Positions 1 through 10,022 of a DNA stretch of 31,760 bases are shown piece by piece. The position numbers were made by a program, and so were the translations under genes. Source of the stretch: Candidatus Micrarchaeota archaeon (lineage in GTDB: Archaea; Micrarchaeota; Micrarchaeia; Norongarragalinales; SBBD01); contig JBDRLB010000007.1 of assembly GCA_043813365.1 (NCBI GenBank), positions 1 to 31,760 on the forward strand, read 5' to 3'. Position 1 is the stretch's first letter. Each line of letters opens with the position of its first letter. Under the pieces are notes generated by a model. The model ran no database searches. It was not told the origin of the DNA and worked only from the letters and a program-made list of their open reading frames with translations.

Positions 1-330
1 ATGGATGCCATAGCAAAAGCCATCAAGGAAGGCAGGCATGTTGAATATGAGGGGAAAACGATTGTATTCCCCAATTTGGACCTTCTTCGCCAGTTCCTCA
101 CGCCCCAACGGCTACGGATGCTCCATGCAATCAGGACCCAAAATCCCTCTTCTGTTTACGAGCTCGCAAAGATGCTCAAAAGGGACCGGAGGAATGTTCT
201 GAAGGACCTTCGTTCGCTGCAGGATCTCGGGCTTATAAAAATCAGGAAGGAAAACAAAAAAGCAGCCCCCCGGCGGAACCTCGTGCCGCAGGTTGATTTT
301 TCCAGGATAGTTGTCGGGATACCTATTTAG
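1..330 (+). CDS. Winged-HTH protein, HVO_A0114/COG4190-like predicted regulator or antitoxin; may start before the window
   Basis: LTPQRLRMLHAI...SVYELAKMLKRDRRNVLKDLRSLQDLGLI is a typical wHTH of this family. Confidence 0.7.
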   Translation: MDAIAKAIKEGRHVEYEGKTIVFPNLDLLRQFLTPQRLRMLHAIRTQNPSSVYELAKMLKRDRRNVLKDLRSLQDLGLIKIRKENKKAAPRRNLVPQVDFSRIVVGIPI

Positions 331-340
331 TGCGAAGAAT

Positions 341-1630
341 TTACATTATCGAATCCAATCCGATGCTCTCCTCCACTTTCTCCTCCGTAATCAGCATCGC
401 ACTCTCAGCAGCGGATGAGCCGTCCTCCTTCATGCCAGCAAGCACAGCCAGCACGCGTACCTCCCCTCCGGAAAGCTGCTTATCTATCGTAGCTCCCCAG
501 ATGATGTGCGCATCCTTTGCAATCCTCGTGCTAATTGCATTCACTGCAGCTTCCGCCTCGCCCAAAGTCAAATCTTCCCCTCCCATGATGTTGATGAGGC
601 ACTTGTTCGCCTGCCCCACATTCACATCTATGAGCGGCGATTTCAGGGATTTTTCAGCCGCAACGACAACGCGGTTCTTGTCCCTTACATTGGCGGTTTC
701 CCCGAGCCCGATCATCGCAATGCCCGAATTCTCAATTATCGTGCGTACATCCGCAAAATCCAAATTCACCAAACCAGGTTTGGTGATCAATTCCGTAATT
801 CCCTTCACCGAATTGGTGAGCACCAAATCTGCCGCCTTGAAAGCGGAATTCAGGGGCAAATCCGGAACGTAAAATAGCAATTTGTCATTCGGTATTGCAA
901 TCGTGGTATCCGCAATTGCGCGCAATTTCTTCAGTCCTTCCATCGCGTTGTCCATCCTTTTCGTGCCTTCGGATGTGAATGGCATGGTAACTATCCCAAT
1001 TACGAGTGCGCCATTCTCTTTGGCAGCTTTTGCTATTATAGCCGCACTTCCTGTTCCGGTGCCGCCGCCCATGCCGCAAGTGACAAACACAAGGTTCGCA
1101 TCCTTTAGCAGGTTCTTGATCTCCTCCGCGCTTTCCATTGCAGCAGCCTCTCCAACTTCGGGGTTGCTTCCTGCACCCAATCCCTTGGTTTTCTTCTTCC
1201 CCAAAAGCACCTTCTTTGGTGAGTGTATTTTCAGCAGGTGCTGCGCGTCCGTGTTCATCGCAATCATCCCCGCACCATAAATGCCAACGTCCACCATCCT
1301 ATTGACCGTATTGCAGCCGCTTCCCCCCGTTCCAATAACATAGATTTTCGGCACCGACTGCTCTATGAATTTCTTCAGCTCTGCATCATCCTCCGAAAGC
1401 ACTTCCTCTTCCTCCTCAACAACCGCCTCCACAACAGGTTTCAGCTCCTCGGAATTCCTTAACTCCTCCTCCAGCTCATTCTCCTTCTTCGAAGTTTCCA
1501 TTTCCCTCAATCGCTTCTCATTCTCCTGCTTGATTATCTCCGCGTGCTCCGAAGAGCCGTTCTCCGCCTCCTCGTCGAACTCGCCCTTCAAAAATTCGAT
1601 GTTCTCGTTGATCCTGTCCATCAATCCCAT
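341..1630 (-). CDS. ftsZ: Cell division GTPase FtsZ, archaeal FtsZ1-like, with long acidic N-terminal extension
   Basis: GTGGSG, GAGSNPEVG, GMGGGTGTG signature, T7 loop NLDFADV; DDAELKKFIE pre-core helix resembles FtsZ1. Confidence 0.95.
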   Translation of the reverse strand: MGLMDRINENIEFLKGEFDEEAENGSSEHAEIIKQENEKRLREMETSKKENELEEELRNSEELKPVVEAVVEEEEEVLSEDDAELKKFIEQSVPKIYVIGTGGSGCNTVNRMVDVGIYGAGMIAMNTDAQHLLKIHSPKKVLLGKKKTKGLGAGSNPEVGEAAAMESAEEIKNLLKDANLVFVTCGMGGGTGTGSAAIIAKAAKENGALVIGIVTMPFTSEGTKRMDNAMEGLKKLRAIADTTIAIPNDKLLFYVPDLPLNSAFKAADLVLTNSVKGITELITKPGLVNLDFADVRTIIENSGIAMIGLGETANVRDKNRVVVAAEKSLKSPLIDVNVGQANKCLINIMGGEDLTLGEAEAAVNAISTRIAKDAHIIWGATIDKQLSGGEVRVLAVLAGMKEDGSSAAESAMLITEEKVEESIGLDSIM

Positions 1631-1635
1631 GCGTC

Positions 1636-1875
1636 TCAGCCTTCAGTATGCGCTTCAAGCTTCTCCTCATCCAAAATCAGTTTGTAAACATATCCGATAA
1701 TCCCGACTTCAATGATCCCGAACGGCAGCACAAGCAGGTTGAGCGGTATTCCCAGGAATATGCCGTTGTAAAGCCCGCTGATGATCATGACCGAAATGAC
1801 CAGGAACACGAGCACGAGCAATGATACCCGGTTGAAAAGCTTCCTGCGTTTTTGCATGTTTTCCATTGTAATCAC
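1636..1875 (-). CDS. Small two-TM membrane protein, probably co-transcribed with ftsZ
   Basis: 79 aa, two hydrophobic helices, basic N-terminus; stop lies 5 nt upstream of the ftsZ start. Confidence 0.7.
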   Translation of the reverse strand: MITMENMQKRRKLFNRVSLLVLVFLVISVMIISGLYNGIFLGIPLNLLVLPFGIIEVGIIGYVYKLILDEEKLEAHTEG

Positions 1876-1973
1876 TAATTGAATGAAGGCGGCGATTTTA
1901 AGCCCTACCGGTCAATACAGAGCAAAAGAAACTTTAAATATCTAGTTATTATGGGGTATGTGGGGGTTTGATT

Positions 1974-2378
1974 ATGGAATTCCGGAAGGAAAACCAGCAT
2001 TTCGTCATCCGTTTGGAGAAGGGCGAAAAGGTGGTGGAAACACTGAACAATTTTGTTTCCGAAAAGAGCATTCTGGGAGGTTTTTTCCAGGCAATCGGCG
2101 CTGTTTCAGCAGCAGAAATCGGCTATTATGATCTGGAGAGAAAATCCTACTTGTGGAAATCGTTCCATGAGGAAATGGAAGTGGTTTCGATGATGGGCTC
2201 AATAACTGAAACCGGCATCCATGCGCACGTTGTTTTGGCGGACAAAACCTTCCACACTTACGGAGGCCACCTCAAGGAAGCGACTGTAGCAGCTACTTTA
2301 GAGGTTTTTCTCACTGAAATGAAAAAAATCAGGAGGAAGGAGCATCCGGAAGTCGGCTTGAAGCTGATGGAGCTCTGA
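1974..2378 (+). CDS. PPC/DUF296 domain protein
   Basis: IRLEKGE, AIGAV, HAHVVL..YGGHL motifs; TTTAAATA box upstream; ATG at 1974. Confidence 0.9.
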   Translation: MEFRKENQHFVIRLEKGEKVVETLNNFVSEKSILGGFFQAIGAVSAAEIGYYDLERKSYLWKSFHEEMEVVSMMGSITETGIHAHVVLADKTFHTYGGHLKEATVAATLEVFLTEMKKIRRKEHPEVGLKLMEL

Positions 2379-2434
2379 AAATGCGGATTTATAACTTATG
2401 GGCCTCTAATTTTTCAACAATTTGATGATTTATT

Positions 2435-3058
2435 ATGCTTGACCAGATTTCCGCTTTGATTTCCCAGATTTACGATGTGAAAGCAATAATACAATGGGGA
2501 GGCTACACTGCGCTGATCCTGATAGTTTTCGCCGAAACCGGCTTGTTTTTCGGGTTCTTCCTTCCCGGCGATTCCCTGCTCATTACTGCGGGAATTTTCG
2601 CATCTGCGGGCATCCTTGACATCTGGATGCTTAATCTTCTGCTCATCCCTGCTGCGATAATCGGCGATGCGGTCAATTATTTCATAGGGAAGCGCATGGG
2701 AACCGCGCTTTACCAAAGGGAGGATTCGCGGTTTTTCAAGAAGGCGCACCTGCTGAAGGCAAAGGCGTTCTACGATAAGCACGGCGGGAAAACAATCGTG
2801 CTCGCAAGGTTCGTCCCGGTTGTCCGGACATTCGCACCTACTGTTGCAGGCATTTCAGGCATGAGCTACCCCGCATTCGCAATGTATAATATTCTCGGAG
2901 GGATCCTCTGGGTTGCAAGCATGACCGGCATCGGCTATTTGCTCGGGAATGCGATCCCGGACATAGAGAAGAACATAATTCTAGTGATTCTAGTGGTTAT
3001 TTTCCTCTCATTCCTGCCCGCGATTTGGGAGCTTTGGAAGCACAGGAAAAAGCAGTAA
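2435..3058 (+). CDS. dedA: DedA family (VTT domain) membrane protein
   Basis: FAETGLFFGFFLPGDSLL, GDAVNY, ARFVPVVRTFAP motifs. Confidence 0.93.
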   Translation: MLDQISALISQIYDVKAIIQWGGYTALILIVFAETGLFFGFFLPGDSLLITAGIFASAGILDIWMLNLLLIPAAIIGDAVNYFIGKRMGTALYQREDSRFFKKAHLLKAKAFYDKHGGKTIVLARFVPVVRTFAPTVAGISGMSYPAFAMYNILGGILWVASMTGIGYLLGNAIPDIEKNIILVILVVIFLSFLPAIWELWKHRKKQ

Positions 3059-3105
3059 GGGAACGCTTTTAACTTTGAATGGCTAAATACCACGAGTGAT
3101 CAGAG

Positions 3106-3687
3106 TTGTTCAATTATCGTGAACTTGGCCGCATGTCTGCCGCATCCCGAAAGATGCTCGAGGAAGAAATAGGGCCACATTTTTCAAGCATACCCCCTAG
3201 CATGCACGCGCCGGTCGTGGATGCTTTCCGCTCGTTATTGATACCGCCGGAAACACGCAAAATGCCTAGAATGTGGAAAAAAAGGACTTTGGAGCAAGGT
3301 GACCCGGAATTTGAGCATCCACGGGATTTTGACCACCTTATGAGAATCGCAACCAAGCGGGGAGACGAAATACTGCAGGCATGGGCACACATTGCCGATT
3401 TAAAAAAAACTCCCGGCTTGGAGGCAATGATGGGGGAAATTGGCGCGCATTTACGCAGCGACAATCCCGACCCTATAAAGCTTACCGAGCTACAGGAAAA
3501 AATATTTCAGATGCGCGCCCTTAGGAGTCCCTCAGGATCTGAATTGACTGGTTTGGCTATTAAACAAAATGTGACCGAACAAGCGGATAGGGAGTTTTTG
3601 GCGAGCACTGCGGTGCAAAGCCTTGATGACCTGTATGCTTTGCTTTTCCTAAAGAAGATACAGGCTTCGAAAAAAAGGCATGATTAA
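3106..3687 (+). CDS. Hypothetical soluble protein
   Basis: 193-aa ORF filling the dedA-valS gap, stop 2 nt before the valS ATG; no recognisable motif; start codon uncertain. Confidence 0.6.
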   Translation: MFNYRELGRMSAASRKMLEEEIGPHFSSIPPSMHAPVVDAFRSLLIPPETRKMPRMWKKRTLEQGDPEFEHPRDFDHLMRIATKRGDEILQAWAHIADLKKTPGLEAMMGEIGAHLRSDNPDPIKLTELQEKIFQMRALRSPSGSELTGLAIKQNVTEQADREFLASTAVQSLDDLYALLFLKKIQASKKRHD

Positions 3688-3689
3688 CC

Positions 3690-6104
3690 ATGGAAAAACC
3701 CAACTTTCCGGAAATGGAGAAGAAGTGGAGGCACTACTGGGAGGAAAACAAGGTTTACAAGTTCCATGATGATGGGAAGGCGCAAATTTATGCAATTGAC
3801 ACGCCCCCTCCGTTCCCAACCGGGGAGTTCCATACCGGAAGCACCCTTAATTGGGGGTACATTGATTTTGCTGCAAGGTACCATCGCATGAAGGGGGAGG
3901 CGGTGCTCTTCCCGCAGGGCTGGGATTGCCATGGCTTCCCAACCGAAACAAAGGTGGAGGCGAAATTCGGCAAACTGCCAAGGGAGCAGTTCCGGGAGAA
4001 GTGTTTGGAATGGACGCACAACATGGTCGGAACTATCAAGGAGCAGATGCAGCAGATGGGCTTCTCAATTGATTGGGAGCACGAGTATTACACTATTGAC
4101 AAGGAATACCATCGCAAGGTGCAGCTATCCCTCCTTGAAATGTACGAAAAAGGGTATGTTTACAGGGGGAAGCATCCCGTGCTCTTCTGCACGAATTGCG
4201 GAAGTGCAATTGCTAAGGCCGAAACGGACGATTCGCAGCGGGAGGGGCTATTGAGCTATTTGAAATTCAAATTCGAGCCCGGCAAGGAGCTTGAAATAGC
4301 AACAAGCAGGCCAGAGCTCCTCCATGCGTGCGTAGGTTTGGCGTTCAACCCGGCTGATGCGCGCTACAAGGATTTTGAGGGAAAAATTGCGTTCACCCCC
4401 ATTTTCAACAAACCTGTCCGCATTTACGCTGACAACGCAGTTGACCCCGCATTCGGCTCGGGAATGGTGATGATCTGCACTTTCGGGGATAGCCAGGACA
4501 TAACTTGGATGTACAAATTCAGGCTTCCGATAATTGCCGCATTTGATGAGAAAGGGCTGGTCACCAATGCCGGTTCCCCCTATGACGGCCTCCACGTAAA
4601 CAAGATGAAGCCGAAAATATTGGAAGATCTTAAGGCGCATGGGCTCATTGTAAAACAGGAGAAGCTGCAGCAGGTTGTGAAGGTGCACGACCGCTGCAAG
4701 AAGCCAATAGAGCTGCTCGCGTCCTCGCAATGGTTCATCAAACTGAAGGAGCACAAAAAAATGATAGTTGAAAATGCGGAAAAGATGGTATGGCACCCGC
4801 CGCACGCACTGCAGCTTCTCAAGGATTGGGCGGAAGGGCTCGAATGGGACTGGGTGATTTCGCGCCAGCGCGTATTTGGCATTCCCATACCGTTCTATTA
4901 CTGCGAAAGCTGCGGGGAGATTTTCCTTCCGGATAAAAAGGATCTCCCGATTGACCCGAATGCAAAACCTTTTTCAAAATCCCACTGCCCCAAATGCGGC
5001 GCCGCAATTATAGGGGAGAAAAGTATCTGCGATGGATGGGTAGATAGCAGCATCACCCCGCTAATAATTTCAAAGTGGGCATCCGATGAAAAGCAATTCG
5101 GCCGCCTCTACCCTACCTCATTACGCCCCCAGGGGACGGACATCATCCGAACATGGGCGTTCTACACGATTTTCCGCTGCTCCGTCCTTACGGGGAAGCC
5201 GCCTTTCAAGGAGATGCTCATAAACGGGATGGTGCTCGGCTCAGATGGCAAGAAGATGAGCAAGAGTGCAGGCAACTACATCGAAGCGAAGGAAGTGATC
5301 TCCAAAGCGTCAGTGGATGCATTAAGGCAGTGGATAGCGCTCTCCGGCACTACGGGGAAGGACAACATTTTTTACTGGAAGGACGTGAATTACGCGCAAA
5401 GCTTCCTCACGAAATTATGGAATGTAAGCAATTTCGTGGAAATGAGCGCAAAGGGCTATTCCGCGAAAGGTTATGAGCATCACAAGCCGCATCTGCGCGC
5501 AACGGACAAGTGGATTTTATGCAGGCTGCACCGCACCATAAAGCTGGCAACCGCAGCGATGGAAAATTACGATTATTATGAGGCAATCATCCTGATGCAG
5601 TCCTTCTTCTGGAAGGAATTCGCGGACTACTATCTGGAGGAGGTGAAGTACCGCATCTACCAGCCGGAAATTTTCGGGGAGGAAAGCAGGGAGGCATGCC
5701 AGCACGTGCTTTTGGAGGTTTTGAACAAAACGCTGAAATTGCTTTCCCCATTCATCTGCTACGCCACCGAGGAAATTTACCATCACATGTTTGCGGAGGA
5801 GGCGAAAAAACAGAAAAGCATCCATCTTGCAGGATGGCCGGTTGCAGATGAGGGAATGATGCAAAATGACACAGAAATTGCGGCAAATTCCCTCCACCAG
5901 ATAATTGCGGAAATCAGGAAATTCAAGGCATCCAACCAGCTCTCCCTCAATACGGAACTCTCATCCGTTAAGCTTACCCTGAACGGCCGCATGGAGCATT
6001 ATTTCCCGCTTATTGAGGAGGAGATAACGGCGGTTGGGAAGGCGAAAAAAATAGAGCTGAATTTCATAAAGGAGGAAAAAACAATAGTGGAATGCTCAGT
6101 TTAG
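3690..6104 (+). CDS. valS: Valine--tRNA ligase, archaeal type
   Basis: IDTPPP, HIGH-equivalent HTGS, GWDCHG, WDWVISRQR, PQGTDIIRTW, KMSKS. Confidence 0.96.
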   Translation: MEKPNFPEMEKKWRHYWEENKVYKFHDDGKAQIYAIDTPPPFPTGEFHTGSTLNWGYIDFAARYHRMKGEAVLFPQGWDCHGFPTETKVEAKFGKLPREQFREKCLEWTHNMVGTIKEQMQQMGFSIDWEHEYYTIDKEYHRKVQLSLLEMYEKGYVYRGKHPVLFCTNCGSAIAKAETDDSQREGLLSYLKFKFEPGKELEIATSRPELLHACVGLAFNPADARYKDFEGKIAFTPIFNKPVRIYADNAVDPAFGSGMVMICTFGDSQDITWMYKFRLPIIAAFDEKGLVTNAGSPYDGLHVNKMKPKILEDLKAHGLIVKQEKLQQVVKVHDRCKKPIELLASSQWFIKLKEHKKMIVENAEKMVWHPPHALQLLKDWAEGLEWDWVISRQRVFGIPIPFYYCESCGEIFLPDKKDLPIDPNAKPFSKSHCPKCGAAIIGEKSICDGWVDSSITPLIISKWASDEKQFGRLYPTSLRPQGTDIIRTWAFYTIFRCSVLTGKPPFKEMLINGMVLGSDGKKMSKSAGNYIEAKEVISKASVDALRQWIALSGTTGKDNIFYWKDVNYAQSFLTKLWNVSNFVEMSAKGYSAKGYEHHKPHLRATDKWILCRLHRTIKLATAAMENYDYYEAIILMQSFFWKEFADYYLEEVKYRIYQPEIFGEESREACQHVLLEVLNKTLKLLSPFICYATEEIYHHMFAEEAKKQKSIHLAGWPVADEGMMQNDTEIAANSLHQIIAEIRKFKASNQLSLNTELSSVKLTLNGRMEHYFPLIEEEITAVGKAKKIELNFIKEEKTIVECSV

Positions 6105-6108
6105 TTTT

Positions 6109-8292
6109 TCACTCAAATAGGCCTACTTCGCCCTTCAGCTTCGCATGCTTCTTCTTCTCGTGGACGTCCTCCTCCTTGATTTCCACTTTCACTTCCTCAT
6201 CCCTCAGCTTGTGGTACCTTTCATGCTGCTTTTCCGCAAAGTTGATGTAGGAATAAACGCCTACACTGACGATCACGATGATCGCGATTACCAGCATCCA
6301 ATTCAGCCCGCCCTTGCTGGTTACGATCTGCAGTTCCGGTGCTATGGTCGCGCTCAGGTCCCTGAGCATCAGGTCCGCCTTTTCGCGCGCCTCTTGTGCG
6401 TATTTGAGCGCATTCGCATAATCGCCCTTCCTCTGGTATTCATTAGCGAGCTGCAGGAGCTGCTCCACTTCGGATACATCGACCCCTCCTGCCTTCAGCT
6501 TGGCGATCTCATCGGATGCGGCTGAAATCTGTGCCGCAGCCTGCGCAATTACAGGGTCCGGGGCGGGAGTCGGGGTTTCCACGATCGCCTTTTTCGCACT
6601 GGTTGCGGGCGTTGGGGTCGGCCGGGGAGTGGGAGTCGGTGTGGCTGTGCTGTAGACCGCATATTCCGGATACGGGGTGGAATATACGTATGTGTTGCCC
6701 GTAGAGCCCGACGTATCCGATGTCGGCGAAGGGGATGCAATTGCACTTGCAATTGTCACATTGGTTGCATTCGTTAGCCCTGCATAGCTTGAATTTATCA
6801 TCACAATTCCTGCTGCTGTTGATGTGAAGTATCCTGCTGATGTTATCGCGCCTGTGCCGGTTATTGATGTTGCGGAATAGCCTGCGGCCACCGTTGTGTT
6901 TTGGTTGCCATATGCATCATAAAGCAACCCATAAAACTGCAAGCCTGCGCCATATGCGATATTCGTGTTGCGGGGCGTAAGCCGCATCTGTGTAGCCGTG
7001 GACGCATTAACCAGCCATGTAGTGATGTTTGCAGCGGACGTGTTCAGCCGGCTCGTGACAGTAATTGTTATTGAACCAGCTGTTTTCAAGGTGAAATTGA
7101 TGTCCGTGCCGTTTCCATTCCCATTCGAGGGAAGTATCGCCTGCCCGTCTGATGATGAAAACGTGTACGAATCAACGATCGAATTGTTTTCCGCATCATA
7201 AGAGCTGATGTTCGCAAAGATCACCCTTCCTGCGATGGTGCTGAGGTTGCTGAAGGTTACCGTGACGGATGAGGTTGCATTGCCGTTCGCATGGAATGTG
7301 GTTGCATTTGCAATAGTCGAATTCCCGTTGCTGAAAACCGTAATGATCTCGTCTCCGACATCGTTTATGCTGAAGTTGTAATATGTCGTATTTACCGAAC
7401 CGTTGTCCGGCAAAGTGGAATTCACGCTTGTGAAGTTATACGTGTCCGCAATGGCATTCCCGAACGCGTCATAAGAGGAGAAGTTGCCCGAGAAATTCAC
7501 TCCCACAACCACGATCAGGTCGGGATAAGTTGCCTTTACGGTGGCGATGGAGGCGGAGTACACTGTAACATTGGTTGAATTCGTGATTGAGGTGTTCGAA
7601 TTGCTCCTTACTGAAATTGTGCCGATTCCCGCGGTTTTTAGGAGGAACCCCACATTCGTGTTGTTTGCAGTTATGTTCTGCGGCAGGTTCGCTGCGGAAT
7701 CCGAGCTTGAGAAGTTGTACGTATCATTCACAGGGTTGCCGTAGATGTCCAGGGAGGTGAAATTAATCGTGACATTGGTGCCCGCTATGCAGGATGTGTT
7801 CGTGGTATTTTGGATGATGATGTATGCGACGTAGGAGGGCCGTATTCCAATTGTGATTGCGCCATTGTCAAGTATACTGATCCCGTCCGAGAAAGTGCCG
7901 TTGAAGGTGACAATGCCAAGCGAATATGCGCCGGTAACATTGATGTTTGTGATGCCCGAAATAGTCAGATTGAAGGACTCATTCCCTATAAGGAGCGTCC
8001 CTTCGCTCAAGGTATAGGTTACGTTCTGCCCTGCAATGGTAGTGTTCCCGCCCGTTAGATTCGCCGTATTGGAGGATGCGCTGGCAGCACTGACATCGAA
8101 ACCAGTCGGGAATATTGCGGTGATGTTGATGAAGCTTGTGTGGCTGGAGGTGGTGTTCAATGAAAATAAGTATGTTGCGCTTGCGCCCGCCTGGTTATCG
8201 CTGATTGCTGCTGAGCCGTAGGTGGTGGCTGCGCCTACGCAAACACTTGCCATCATGAAAAGAAACAGTATTTTGCGGTGCACGTGGTGCAT
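6109..8292 (-). CDS. Cell-surface glycoprotein with Ig-like repeats, Pro/Thr linker, helical domain and C-terminal TM anchor
   Basis: Signal peptide from ATG 8292; four D-x-(Y/F/E)-(G/N)-N motifs spaced 93, 91 and 93 aa; many N-x-S/T sequons; TPTPTP linker; TM helix then charged tail. Confidence 0.8.
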   Translation of the reverse strand: MHHVHRKILFLFMMASVCVGAATTYGSAAISDNQAGASATYLFSLNTTSSHTSFINITAIFPTGFDVSAASASSNTANLTGGNTTIAGQNVTYTLSEGTLLIGNESFNLTISGITNINVTGAYSLGIVTFNGTFSDGISILDNGAITIGIRPSYVAYIIIQNTTNTSCIAGTNVTINFTSLDIYGNPVNDTYNFSSSDSAANLPQNITANNTNVGFLLKTAGIGTISVRSNSNTSITNSTNVTVYSASIATVKATYPDLIVVVGVNFSGNFSSYDAFGNAIADTYNFTSVNSTLPDNGSVNTTYYNFSINDVGDEIITVFSNGNSTIANATTFHANGNATSSVTVTFSNLSTIAGRVIFANISSYDAENNSIVDSYTFSSSDGQAILPSNGNGNGTDINFTLKTAGSITITVTSRLNTSAANITTWLVNASTATQMRLTPRNTNIAYGAGLQFYGLLYDAYGNQNTTVAAGYSATSITGTGAITSAGYFTSTAAGIVMINSSYAGLTNATNVTIASAIASPSPTSDTSGSTGNTYVYSTPYPEYAVYSTATPTPTPRPTPTPATSAKKAIVETPTPAPDPVIAQAAAQISAASDEIAKLKAGGVDVSEVEQLLQLANEYQRKGDYANALKYAQEAREKADLMLRDLSATIAPELQIVTSKGGLNWMLVIAIIVIVSVGVYSYINFAEKQHERYHKLRDEEVKVEIKEEDVHEKKKHAKLKGEVGLFE

Positions 8293-8340
8293 ATTTTCTC
8301 TCTCCGGCGGGCTGATTATAGACGTGCTTACGCTTTCCGA

Positions 8341-8407
8341 ATTTATAAATATTGCTATGGCCGATCGCTTCGGCCATGGCATGAATGCATGCAAAAAAAA
8401 GAAAAAA
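8341..8407 (-). promoter_or_regulatory. T-tract terminator after the DUF4139 gene, then an inverted repeat and TATA box for the surface-protein gene
   Basis: Minus strand TTTTTTCTTTTTTTT directly after the stop; IR 8354-8364/8370-8380 (10 of 11 match); ATTTATAAAT at 8341-8350. Confidence 0.5.
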
Positions 8408-9940
8408 TCAGCAGTAGCTCTGCTGGACTGTGTAGGTCAAGGTGGCGCTCCCATCCGCCTTCACCGGTATCGTCCATGAAAACTGCGTGCTGCTCTCCTT
8501 CACGCTCCTGAAGTTCTCACTGATAATGCTTGCCTCCCCATATGCGTTCTGCAAAACCACCACTTCGACGTCCGTCTTCTTGTGGTTCCTCAACTCGACG
8601 GAATACGAGTACTGCGAGGTGCATACCCCGAGCTCCTTCCTGTCGGTCTGCTTCTTCTCCGCAACGATGTCGAACGCATTCCCGATGAACAGCCTTATTT
8701 TCTCATTCTCAGGGGTGTGGTCAATCTGGTCTTCCCCCAAAAACTGCAGCTGGCCTTCGGAATCCGCCTTGTACACCCTTACCTTCCCTTTCGGCATCGG
8801 CAATCCCAGATTGTTTTCCTTCCTATTCTCGAAAATGAGCTTCGTCTTCACCTTCGTGCCATCCCCTTCATAAACGAACTGTTTTTGCACCGGCGTGTTC
8901 TTCGCATCGAACAGCGTTATCTGCTTATCCTCATTGTTCTTCAAAGTAGCAGGCCGCTGCAATGTGTACATGTGGTATTCGAACAGCGACTCCTCCGTAA
9001 ACTGAGGGGTGGGAGCAGCCTTGCCTGCGTATGCAACATCCACCATCTCATAATACCTCAAAGGCGCCGCCGCCTTTATCAGGTTGATGTCCCCTGCAAC
9101 AAGCTTCAATTTCGCATTCTCGAATGTCGCTCCCGCCAGGTTCTTGATGCTCACCCATCCGGTGATATCTAACAAATTGTCATCCTTGTTCGCAATTGCA
9201 ACGTAATCCGCCTTCCAATTCAGGCCAGACGCGAGGTAGGATATTTGCATTTCATGCATCCCTTCCTTGGAGTTCCTCAGCAGCCATTCCACTGTGGGGG
9301 ACGTGATCAGCCCTTCAGGCAGAACGGGGTAGTTGATCTTGTCGTAGGAATTCAGCGACACAACGCCAGTTGAGGTCTGCAGCACCAATCCGTCGGTGAA
9401 ACTAAGGAGCTTGCCCTTGATCTTTTCCCTCGCTCCCGTCGCCTCATCCTGCCCCAGCTCGACCTCTACCTCCTTATCCAGGTACTTTTCCATCAATTTT
9501 GAGCTGGTAACCAGGTCATATTGGAAATTCTGCTCTAGCACCTCGAGCCCCCCGCTGCCCAAATCCTTCAGGCTCAGGGAGGTGCTGTCAAGGTACTGCG
9601 CGGTGCCCTTCATCTGGAACCTTGTCAAGCCAGCAGGAAGTACCGCAGACCGCGTCTCCTTCACCAGGGAAACCCCGTTATTCGTATTGAATATGCTGTT
9701 AGAACTCCTGTAATCCGAGCTGTAATAATCATAGTAGTATGTAGGCTCCACCTGGTAAATCGTAAGCTCCACCGAAGTTGGTTTGTCGGAGCTGGCTGTT
9801 TTGGCCTCCTCCTTCAGGTTGAATTGCGCCTCAAGCTTGTATGTCTGCTCCTTCGGCTGGTTCATCGAAGAAAAGCCGATAAATCCCACTGCCATGACCA
9901 AAACCGCCGCTACCACCAACAATTTCATGTCCATATGCAT
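8408..9940 (-). CDS. DUF4139 domain protein with N-terminal signal or anchor
   Basis: VKETR, VLEQNFQYDL, GLNWKADY, LVAGDIN, FEYHMY, GLPMPKGKVRVY, GEDQIDHTP. Confidence 0.88.
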   Translation of the reverse strand: MHMDMKLLVVAAVLVMAVGFIGFSSMNQPKEQTYKLEAQFNLKEEAKTASSDKPTSVELTIYQVEPTYYYDYYSSDYRSSNSIFNTNNGVSLVKETRSAVLPAGLTRFQMKGTAQYLDSTSLSLKDLGSGGLEVLEQNFQYDLVTSSKLMEKYLDKEVEVELGQDEATGAREKIKGKLLSFTDGLVLQTSTGVVSLNSYDKINYPVLPEGLITSPTVEWLLRNSKEGMHEMQISYLASGLNWKADYVAIANKDDNLLDITGWVSIKNLAGATFENAKLKLVAGDINLIKAAAPLRYYEMVDVAYAGKAAPTPQFTEESLFEYHMYTLQRPATLKNNEDKQITLFDAKNTPVQKQFVYEGDGTKVKTKLIFENRKENNLGLPMPKGKVRVYKADSEGQLQFLGEDQIDHTPENEKIRLFIGNAFDIVAEKKQTDRKELGVCTSQYSYSVELRNHKKTDVEVVVLQNAYGEASIISENFRSVKESSTQFSWTIPVKADGSATLTYTVQQSYC

Positions 9941-10022
9941 CACTTTTTCCTTGCAGGCAAATTGCCGCATTACTAATTCTCACCGGGTTTATATATAGCC
10001 TGATTTTTCATTAAGCCAATGC

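Noticed and set aside
330..1700. Plus-strand ORFs antisense to ftsZ, and similar ones opposite valS, infB, purB, pyrB and rtcB
   Set aside because: Shadow ORFs of well-supported genes, with no motifs or start signals
6557..6650. Short G-rich nucleotide repeats
   Set aside because: Explained by the Pro/Thr linker codons
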